Shown piece by piece: positions 26,691-36,429 of a DNA stretch of 57,229 nt; positions within the stretch are counted from its first letter, which is position 1, and the number at the start of each line of letters is the position of its first letter. The stretch covers positions 20,367,356 to 20,424,584 of the forward strand of contig JBOZIK010000001.1 in NCBI GenBank assembly GCA_051453625.1, in the 5' to 3' direction. This DNA comes from Welwitschia mirabilis. Taxonomy: Eukaryota. The position numbers and the translations under genes are program-made. The notes beneath the pieces were generated by a model. It saw only the letters and a program-made list of their open reading frames with translations. It was not told the origin of the DNA and did not search any database.

Positions 26691-28590
26691 GGGTTACGAA
26701 GGGTTACTAAGGTTGGGTATCTATGCTAAGTGTCATGCCCTACACTTGAATGAAAGATGTATCCTGCTAGTTAAACTTTCACTTTAATAGCAAAAATTAA
26801 CACCTTTAACTCTACTTTTTAGCCATTAAAATGTGTCTTTAAAAGCAAAATGCCATTGGCTTAGGATGTATGTTGACACCTACTAAAGGCTAAACATACC
26901 TTAATTTCCGTTTAAATTTCTATTATTTACTCATGATTTGGTTGTGAGACTTTACCGCCTTCTATTATTTGATTATAGTTTATGGTACATTAATTAACTT
27001 TGTGGTAGTTGCCTTTCAGAAACCGTCCTTTTAGGTTCCATTATTATTTTCCATGATGAGGTGGATCCTAGTCAACCTTTTCATATGCCAAAGGCAAGCC
27101 ACATGTGGGTTTTAAAAAATAAGGTTTCTTTGTCTAAGAGGATTTAATTCTACAGCAACTACACACTAATGTTTGTCAGCTTTCTAACATTTTCACATGC
27201 CTTTTGGATAATTAACAATTTTGGACCCTACCATTTGCATTTTATTAATTTTTAATTTACGTTATAAAAGAAACCATTGTTTTCCGTAAAGAATAGCAAA
27301 GGCAGAGATGGCAATTTAATATTGTAATACCAAACATGTTTGGTTGTATTATTGTCATAACAAATAGGTTAGGTTACATTGCACTCATCAAAGTAACAAT
27401 GACCATTTCTATTGTTTATTACTTATTACCACCTTTAATATACATCAAAGTAATAGTAGATCATTAGCCAATTATATGGATTTGCATAATGATAATAGTT
27501 AGTCCAATTTTAAAGTTTGTATTGATCCTTTCCTTCTAATTTTGTCTTGAGCAATTATTTTATACGTAAATAAGAGGGCAAGTGTTTAGGAAATTGTTTA
27601 GATATAAGTAGTTTAACGAATGTGTTGCCACTTTAATAGTAAGGGGCAAGTTAAGTAAAAGCTGTTGATTTTTTGAAAGAAATATTCATTATCACTAATC
27701 CTATTGTATTATGATTGTGTCAATGTGGCCTTTTCCAACCTCTCAAACCTAAAGTATGAGTAAAATAAATCTCACTAAAGCTTGGGATAGGACTATGGTA
27801 ACATAATAAGGGTCACATATCTTGGTTTTAATTATTATCCTATGGTTATTTTAATAGCGGGAGGCAAATTTAGCGTAAAATAAGAAATATTTCATCTTAA
27901 AAAAATAAAATTTCAATTTCAATTTCATTAATATCTTTATATTTCAAATCAAATTAAATTTCCAATATAACAAAGACATAAAATCCAATTTATCATAAAT
28001 AGCTAAATAAATTAATAGAATATTTTTTTTAAAAAAAAGGCATGTGCAAGATCCCAGACTCTAAACTAGAAGCATTTTGAAAAAGAGAGCTATCCAAAGT
28101 TTGGTAATAGTTAATAATATTATTTGTGTTATTGGGGGTTTCACATGTAATCACTTTCCCTGCTTAGTGCATCCCTCACAAGCGCATGGAGATACTAATA
28201 TTTTTTTTAATAACAAAAAGGCTTTCCAAATCGTTTGGCTTAGATGATTGGTTAATGCCTGCTAATGACATTCTCAACACGTCGCGTGATGACCATTACA
28301 AATTTTATCACACCACGTCATCTAATTATTGGCCTCTTTTTTTTTATGACTCGGGAAAAGGGAAACACCAAACTTCTTAGCTTCCTTTGTTACTTGCAAC
28401 GGATACGACCTTCAGCTTCATTCTTATTGCCATTGGAAATGGGAAATGATATATTAAAATTATTTATATCACCAACAAATATCATGCTATTGCAGATTTT
28501 ATTTATGTTATTTAGTACTTAAAATTTTATTAACTATTTATATGTTTATTATTCAAGACATCATTTTTAACGTTGGTGAATATTTTAGGC

Positions 28591-28865
28591 CAATGGGGCG
28601 GTAGTTCAATTAGTAGGAGACTTCTTCTCTATTTAAAAGGTCATGGGTTCAAACATTTGGATGTCCTGCTGGGCGCACTATAAAGCCTTGGGTGTCATTA
28701 AATGATTTGGTTTAAGCACTTGTTGTGCCTTAGCTTTAGGGAAGATATAATAACTAAATTTTAGGTCCTTGGGTGTCATTAGATGATCTGGTTTAAGCAC
28801 TTGTTGTGCCTCAACTTTAGGGAAGATATAATCATTACATTTTAGGTTTAGCATCCTCCAATGAC
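28591..28865 (+). mobile_element. tRNA-derived SINE-like repeat, copy 3, with an internal 81-bp tandem duplication
   Basis: ggggcggTAGTTCAATTAGtagg (A box) ... aggtcatgGGTTCAAAC (B box). 28686-28766 is repeated at 28767-28847. Confidence 0.7.
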
Positions 28866-29225
28866 AAATACTTTAAAAACAAGAGTATTGCTTGTCATAT
28901 TGAAGTGTTTGGTTTTGACAAGTATGATGGATTGAACTTCTTTGAATGCAGAATTGCTACTTGTAAAGAATACAGACTAATATAAAGGTCATGCATGGAT
29001 GTTCAATGAAGTCAAGATTCCAGCCATTGCATACCATGAACATTACCAAAATGTTCAAGAAGCTTTGGCAATTAAAAATTCATGCTAATAATGTAAATAG
29101 GGATAATGAATTGTCCCTTAGCCCTTGGAATTCATTGGTTTGCAAAATTTGTGATTGACCTGTATATGCTTCTTTTGCCCTCCTCACATCACACCCCTGA
29201 TGATGACGCTTTAAAGCCTTAGCTA
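28866..29225 (+). mobile_element. Decayed 3' end of a Penelope-like element (GIY-YIG endonuclease plus hammerhead-like motif)
   Basis: KSIACHIEVFGFDKYDG..FECRI / GHAWMFNEVKIPAI..QEALAI / HANNVNRDNELSLSPWNSLV, with two frameshifts. Followed by CTGATGA at 29197-29203. Confidence 0.6.
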
Positions 29226-29790
29226 TGTAAATTGCAATGTATTGTAAATAAGTGTGATATAACTTCTAATAAAATTATCTTATGTCACTTGTGTACTTGA
29301 GCTTTAAAACTTAAGTATGAATCAAATATGAGACTTACACATTTTATGGCTAATTTATATGGGTAAGGGCCACTCATGGGTTTTCATCCAACCATGCAAA
29401 CTAGAGGATTTTAGTAAGTATGTTACAATTTTTATGAATTAACTTCTTAGGGAAAAAAACAATTACATAAATAAATGTTAATAGAGTTAGTTTAAGGGTC
29501 CTATTCTGGGTAGGTGTGACTAGAATAGTCCAATTACATCATTTTTCTTTTTTACTCTTTGATATCATTGGAGATTGCCCAATAGTAATGTTTGGGTATT
29601 TGTTCAAATAATTTTCGCTCATTGCTAGTAATGAGCAATGATTTATTCAAAGTTTTTGAAATTTCTTTTATGAAACTTTCCACATTTCAAGTTCATGAAA
29701 GGATCATTTACAAGCTTTAGATCATTGTAATTAAGAAAGCGATTTAGCTATTGAAGGAGTGAGTTTAATCGACTTCATATTCTATATGTT

Positions 29791-30155
29791 AATGGGGTGG
29801 CAATCCAACTAGTGGGACACTTCATTCTCCATTCGAGAGGTCATGCCACTCTTTACACAACAAGAGACTATTAACATAATAAATTATTCACTTTGGTAAT
29901 CATGATAGTTGTACTTCTAATATGGATTAGGTCATTAAAAGTTTTGGGTTCAACTTCCCCTAACTTCATGTTCTATAACTAATTTCGAAATTAATTTTTC
30001 TCAAAAAATTAAATCTATTTTTGTAATCAGATTTACCGCATAACCAACACTAGGCATGTTAAAGAGGTAGTAGGTTTAAACATTAGAATGACATTATTGG
30101 TATACCATAAGATGACATTTGAATGACATCATTAACTGCTTGATATAATTAAGAT
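29791..30155 (+). mobile_element. SINE-like fragments (copies 4 and 5) in the gene's upstream region
   Basis: aatggggtggcaatccaactagtgggacac...gagaggtcatg (29791); ggtcattaaaagttttgggttcaacttcccc (~29930); aaagaggtagtaggtttaaacatt (30061). Confidence 0.5.
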
Positions 30156-30235
30156 CTTTAGTTTCAGTGATCACGACAACTATAATTTTAAATAACAAAG
30201 TCAGTAATAGTAAAATATACTGCTGAATCATCCAA

Positions 30236-30243
30236 CCACGTCA
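30236..30243 (-). promoter_or_regulatory. TGACGTGG bZIP-type element (second copy at 28313-28320)
   Basis: ccacgtca on the + strand at the edge of the CpG-rich promoter. Motif match only. Confidence 0.35.
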
Positions 30244-30592
30244 CACAAGGCTCCACGATTAAATGAAAAGGACATCGGTCTTCCTCCAATGACACAGCAC
30301 ACTGCTACACGCAAAACCCATTGGATCGCATGGGCGGGGACAATTTTATGATAATAATATTTCGCAAAGAGGTCGGGAGGAAAAATCGGAAAGAGATAAG
30401 AAAATGACTTGGCACCGGGTGTGGTCTTGTCGTGGAAGAACGCGATGTCGTGTCGGGAGATTCAAAGATCCGAGACAAAATCGCAGTCGCAGTCGCAGAC
30501 AAAGCCATGCATCTGCGTCTACAGCAGTAGCATTTGTAACGCCCGTTTTCTCTCTTCTAGCAATTGCGCCCTTCCAAAATGGGCCGCTGCCA

Positions 30593-30600
30593 ATATAAAA
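30593..30600 (+). promoter_or_regulatory. Candidate TATA box
   Basis: atataaaa about 180 bp upstream of the first in-frame ATG (30778). Confidence 0.35.
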
Positions 30601-30876
30601 CTAATGAGCAGAACCGGAAACAGCATCGTTTCGTCCTTGCCCATCTCAGATTTTCCATCAATCGTCATCTGGTGCTTTCATCTCTGTAAGCTCACTTGCC
30701 TATGAGCTATTTCAGCAACTCCAAGTCCTTACTTGAATGGCACAGAAGCTCTTTCCAATGATAGTAAGAATAAGAAGATGTCTGGAAGCAAACGGAACCA
30801 GCAGCATCACCATTCTTTAGCACCAAAGCCGCAACCGCTATGGTTTCCGAGGAACCGAGCGGAACAAGCGGAAAGA

Positions 30877-31713
30877 ATGATAAGGTCTATTCGGCTGCTG
30901 CTTGCAGCCATTCTCGGAGCGGCCCTGCTTTTCACTTTCTCCACGAGGTTCACTCAAAGACTTGCAACGGTTCCAGAGATCTTTAACCAAATCCAAACCC
31001 TAAATTTCACTTTGCAACGCGTACAAAATGAGCTCGCAAGTACCAGCCAGGGACGAAGCCAGGCTAGACCGAGAGCAGGAGTATTCAACTCTACTTTGCT
31101 CTCTTACGCTGCTCTCGAGCTTGGCGAGGCGGACGAGAAGCAAAAGATCTCGAATCTTCTGGAAACCGCGACTTTACGTGGAAGGTATTACAGAAGAGGC
31201 GTTCCGAGGCACGATTCGGAGATAATTCCGTCTTCTTCTTCTGTGAATCGCAGACGAAGGCATTCGGCTCCGATTCAGATCTTCCATCCGCGATTCGCTC
31301 CCTTTTTGCCGGAATTCCGTCGCATTCTGCGATCCTGGGTGTCCAGCAAGCGATACGATCCCCGCGTTATGGCTGAACTTCTGGAACTGGTAAAATCCCC
31401 TTTGGACCACCATTTTAGCAACATTTCTGGACCCGTAGGAGCTTCAAGCTCCAGCCAGAAGCGATTCGGATCCTGCGCCGTGGTCGGAAACAGCGGAATC
31501 CTCCTTCAGGAATCCCATGGCGACCTTATTGATTCGCATGAGTTTGTAATCCGCTTGAATAATGCTCGGACAGCAGGGTTTAGGAATTCCGTCGGATCGA
31601 AAACTAATCTTTCTTTCGTGAACAGTAACATCCTTAATTTGTGTTCTCGTCGTTCCAGCTGCCACTGTCATCCCTACGGCGAAAGCGTTCCAATCATTAT
31701 GTACATCTGTCAG
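30877..31713 (+). CDS. GALT29A: GT29 sialyltransferase-like / beta-1,6-galactosyltransferase GALT29A-like, exon 1 (alternative in-frame ATG at 30778)
   Basis: N-terminal signal anchor [15 protein letters not shown]; sialylmotif [12 protein letters not shown]...[13 protein letters not shown]...[21 protein letters not shown]. Donor CAG|GTACTT at 31713/31714. MIRSIRLL resembles the Arabidopsis GALT29A N-terminus as recalled. Confidence 0.93.
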
Positions 31714-31975
31714 GTACTTTGATCGTGAATTGATTTTAGAATCCTAGAAAGTTTTGTTCTCGCGCTAGGGTTTCTGGAACTTTCCGTCTAAGACTTTACG
31801 GATTTCTGTTTCTGTTTAGTTTGGTAAAGATTTCATCATTATACACAGGTTTTAGTTGTGCGGACTTGCACTCTGTAATTGCGATATTTCCGTTTCGTTC
31901 TTGGGGCAGAGCAGAGCAGCACTTAAAAGTTGATCGTGGTTAAGATGTAATTGTTTTTTTGTTGTATTTTAACAG
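31714..31975 (+). other. 262-bp phase-0 GT-AG intron
   Basis: GTACTT... T-rich tract ...ttttaacAG. Splicing gives [11 protein letters not shown] in frame. Confidence 0.92.
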
Positions 31976-32404
31976 GCTGTGCATTTCATGGATTATGCCT
32001 ACTGTAGCGCTTCACACAAGGCTCCGCTTCTGGTCACCGACGGGCGCTTTGACAAACTCTGCGCGAGAATCGTGAAGTACTATTCTCTGAAGAATTTTGT
32101 GGAGAAGACTGGAAAGGGACCAGAAGAATGGGGCAGTGCTCATGAAGGTGCCATGTTTCACTATTCTTCAGGCATGCAAGCAGTGATGCTTGCCCTTGGC
32201 ATCTGTGACAGAGTCAGTCTGTTTGGATTTGGGAAATCCCCTTCTGCAAAACACCATTATCACACAAACCAGAAGGCTGAGCTGCCTCTCCATGACTACG
32301 AAGCTGAGTACCAGTTGTATCACGATCTCGCTACTCGATCACCCAACATTCCATTCCTTGGTGATGCCGATATTGATCTTCCTCCTCTGCGAATCTATCT
32401 GTGA
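31976..32404 (+). CDS. GALT29A: GT29 / GALT29A-like, exon 2 (421 aa total from ATG 30877; 454 aa from ATG 30778)
   Basis: Sialylmotif [24 protein letters not shown], motif III HHYH, motif VS HDYEAE. TGA at 32402-32404. Confidence 0.95.
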   Translation, partial: AVHFMDYAYCSASHKAPLLVTDGRFDKLCARIVKYYSLKNFVEKTGKGPEEWGSAHEGAMFHYSSGMQAVMLALGICDRVSLFGFGKSPSAKHHYHTNQKAELPLHDYEAEYQLYHDLATRSPNIPFLGDADIDLPPLRIYL

Positions 32405-35203
32405 TACTGTTCGTTGACGTATGCAATGTAGTCTTTTCCGTAGTGGCCTGCTCAAATTTGAGTTTCACAAGGCTTTTCTTGTGAAATTAAGCATTCTTGA
32501 TTATTGGCTTTTCCTGTGAAAATATCCACTCTTGATTCTTGGTTTGCGGAAGGGTTATTGTTTGTTTGAGGAGTGTATAAACCTTTTAGGGATTAGGCAA
32601 AATAGCACATCTCCTTTGCCTGTCCCACAGTCAGAGAAGCATGCCTACTTAACACCCACCTAAAGATCTGTCGCCTAGATTTCTCTTGGAGAAGACCAGC
32701 GTTGATTCCCTACCCATTACCACTTGGATTTGAGTTTGCCTATACATTACAAATTAGCAGAGATTTTTAGTAATCAAGGCAGAGCTGTTCAAATCGATAG
32801 GTACCTTGAAACTGAAACCCTCAAATCTTGGGTTCTTTTTCGGGTCGTTGAGGTGGAGAAAGAGCATCGACCTGGGGTCGCAGGTGGCCACAATTTCCAT
32901 GGATATAATTAAACCTCTATCATAAGTATAGGGACAAACGGTCAAGCAAACCGTATGACCAGTTTTGGCTAGAGGCTTCCCTTTTGAATAATCCTGATAA
33001 CACTTTCAATATATCCAAGCAAAATCGATTTCTTCGCCTGTTCAGAGACTCGGAACTAGATCGCCTGCTTCGGGGAAAAGAAACAAAGCCCATTTTTGTC
33101 AACCATTCCATGTTGTAGATTTTTTGCTTCATCATTGTTCTATAATTGTTCTGGCTTCATGGATTTGCTTGTTGAATGACCATCCAAAATAAAGTTATTT
33201 GGTCTCTGTTATGTTGCTCTTGCATGCAGAATTAGTTGACTAAGTAAAATAGGAAAGTTATTTAAGATCTCTTAATGGGGGAAAGGGAAAATTTTCCATT
33301 GTGAAAGAGGCAAGATTTCTTGCATGATAAGCATTGCCAAACACGCTAGTTCCAAGCTAATTTGTATCAGCAGTTTTGTAAACTTTACAGTTCACATTCC
33401 ATGCCCCACACTAAATGATGCTTTTTTAGTACAGCCAACAATTTTCCAATATGCGAACATATATGTTAGTAATCCGTCCTATGAAAGGGGGTGTGCATTT
33501 CAGTACATTCCAGTATTTGGAGTTACTGTGGGTGCGCGTATTTGAAGTTACCAGTGGGTGCACATTCCAGATGAACTGAAAACATATAATGATGTTATCA
33601 ACTGAAAGTTCAACCAACACAACTGCTACACGTGGTTCATTTTTTAAGATAATCGACTACCCTTAAAAACAGTTATTGGAAAAAAGATGTTTAACATCTT
33701 AAACTATACTTCCTCCAACGAAAGATTATAGTTGTCTAATCCTCTTTATTCTCTTTGATGATCCAACTCATTATTTTAGATTAGAGGTCGCATTTGATAA
33801 ATAATGGAAAAAAGTGCATGAAAAAGAATAAAATGCTTGTATAAGTAATAGCAGACTCAATGAAAACAAAAAAATGGCTTATGTTTTATGGATAATTGAA
33901 TAAATTCTTTCATGAATCACAAATTGTTATTAGTAGTGAGGGTGGTTTGGCTTAACAAACTGGGTATGAGGGTCTACATTCAAAGCCTTTGTTTAAGATC
34001 AATGGGTAACCAAGCGGAGGGTGACTCGAATTGCAAAGGAGGATGCTTTAGCTTGACATATTAATCTATGTTCAAGGACTTTTGTCTAAGATCACCAGGT
34101 GGCTAGGATGGGTCTGTCGAGGATTGCAATCAACCTGTTCAATGCCTTATGCTTTGATTGGACTATCTTTCCAATTTTGACCTAAGAGAGTAGTTATGGG
34201 TTACACCTTTTCTATAAGGGTTAGTAGCCTTTGCATAGATAGTCATGACTTCTTACATCATAATGAGTTTTAACATTTATGTCAACCCATTTCGACTTAC
34301 AAAACAATAGTTTTAGTTGTTAATAAAGAATATTAATTGCCCCTCAATGATGAGCTTGTTGCATGTCATAGAATTCTTGCCTTTAAGACTATTGTTCATC
34401 CTTTCAATGGTTGTTTATCCTTTGAATGGTTGTTCTTTCACACGAATCTTCTCTACTTCCTTCCTTTATGTTAAAATCGTCATTTTCATTGCGCGTTTGC
34501 ATATGTTATAATGAAATTGTTGAATGAAGGGTTATAGAATCCTTACCATCTTCTTTTTATGATGGCATTTTTTCATATCCTCGTGTCGTTTCATATCCCT
34601 AAATCTTTTTGCTATAAATAAGATTTCTTTCTCCTATTATTTTTATATCTTTAAAAAATCCTCTATTATTGGATCTTGGCGATTTCAAAATTTGGAGCTT
34701 GAAAAACATTGGAGTCTTGGAGTCTTGGAAGTTAAGTCTTCATCCAATTTCAAGTATGGTTTAAGGCTTTATTTATTTATTACATGGTCTTTATTTCTTG
34801 CATGTTTGAATAGTCTTTTGTTATTGCGTCTTGTAAGATTGTTGGATATTCTCTATTTCTTGTATTTTGCGTTTCCTTCTTGTTGATAATCGTTTTTTGC
34901 TGACTCTTGTAAATTTCCCTTTTGAGCCATCTTGAGATTATCTTAGGACCAACCATTGACCTGTATTATGGTATATTAAATTATGTAAATAAAACTGTTT
35001 GAGATAACTAGTTGTTCAAACCTCAAAGAGTGATACACTTTGTTGTGAGTCTTGCAGCCATGGGATTGAACCTCTAGGAAGAAAAGGGAAAAATGTGCAT
35101 AAATATGATGATTTTATCCCTTTTGTTTATGTACAATTGGATTACTTAGATTATTGTGGATCAACATAAAGAAGATAATATGAAAATGAGGTCTTGGTTA
35201 CAC

Positions 35204-35397
35204 TTTGGATTATTTTGGCAATGTATCTGGGATTAGTTTGGCAATGCATCTTGGATTATTTTGCCATTGCATTCTTGGATTATTTTGGCATTACACTCTT
35301 GGATTATTTTGGCAATGCAACTTGGATTATTTGGCAATGCATCTTGGATTCTCGTGGCAATGCATCTTGGATTGTTTTGGTAGTACGTTTTGGATAT
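35204..35397. repeat. 23-24-bp minisatellite, ~8 copies (CTTGGATTATTTTGGCAATGCAT)
   Basis: Head-to-tail units with no unique spacers. Confidence 0.9.
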
Positions 35398-35959
35398 TCT
35401 TGTAATTCGTTACCTTGCACTTGAAAACCCTATACCAACCTATTCCTTGCCATGAGCCATACTGAGAATTGTGAAGGTTACAGTTCTCACAGCATACTTG
35501 TATGTGCAAGACCCAATGCAAATGAAGATGCACGAAAGAGCTATGGTTGCAGTGTAAAGTGGATGTCATCTCAATGTTGTTCTTTATATATATATACACA
35601 CATATATACACACACAAATTGTGGTAGTTAAAATTGAAGAACCTTGGATGTCCTAGTAATTTGTGATATTTATTGACATGATGATGTTTATGAGACTCAA
35701 GTTTATTTAGCAATAAAAAGTGTTACAAATTTATGAGTAATGTACTTATGTGCCTTTTGTTGAAGAAAATTATGAATGTTTTAAGTTATTTTCTCTTCTT
35801 TGCTAAAAGTTACATTAGAAGTAAATTTGTAGTTTTGCTTTATAGGCTATTAAATTGTGATACATATCTTGAGATATAACATGTTAAGTTATAATATCTT
35901 GTAGTTAAGGCCACAACTGTTCATGCCTTACCATGAAAATAATTCTATGTGTACACTTA

Positions 35960-36340
35960 GCTTAGATGGCTAAGCTAAGTTGGTGTCTAATATCAGGTCG
36001 TTAAAAGTGGACATCACATTTTGGTATTGAGTTATTGTAGTTTTTGGGTGAAAAATTTAGGATGTTACAAAAAGCAAGCATATAGAGAAACAAACTCCAA
36101 GGGAAATAACAGAGGTTTTATAATGAAAAAGGTACAACCCCACTCCGATCTATTAGAGTTGTTCTAAAGGAAATTTAGTTGATGATAGTAAACATCTTGA
36201 TGAGCTAACAACATTTGTAAGAAACACAGTAGATGCTTATAATGTTGAAGATATTTACATTGCAAGTGCTAATAAAAACATAATGCATTTTGCACAAAAA
36301 AAAGATCTTTAGAATGCTAAAAACCTTTGGCTCAAAGACT
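35960..36340 (+). mobile_element. Possible LINE RNase H-like remnant
   Basis: Weak motifs: VDDSKHL (EGDS-like) and DIYIASANKNIMHFAQ (HIxREANxxADxLA-like). Confidence 0.3.
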
Positions 36341-36429
36341 TACTAATGTAGTTGTGACATTATAAACATGTTACAATTATTTATGAATTTAATCTTCTTT
36401 TTCTAAGAATAAGAGTGATTTAATACCAA

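Noticed and set aside
28591-28670. Functional tRNA gene
   Set aside because: No convincing acceptor or anticodon stems, and the downstream body is shared with dispersed copies, so it is a SINE head.
30481-30498. (TCGCAG)3 in the promoter resembling cgcagtcgcagtc at 23171
   Set aside because: A short low-complexity match; the flanks do not align.
30733-30777. ORF-track start of the GT29 protein (MNGTEAL...)
   Set aside because: It is a TTG start from prokaryotic-style calling; the first ATG is at 30778. The ORF 31979 'start' is an internal GTG of exon 2.
32724-33620. Short ORFs downstream of the GT29 stop
   Set aside because: 60-75 aa with no domains; most likely 3'UTR/terminator region (AATAAA at 33188).
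34280-35000. Solo LTR (CTATAAATA at 34612, ttggagtc repeats)
   Set aside because: LTR-like composition, but no definable TG...CA ends or TSD.
35204-35397. CRISPR-like array
   Set aside because: Units are contiguous with no unique spacers, no cas genes, and the context is eukaryotic.
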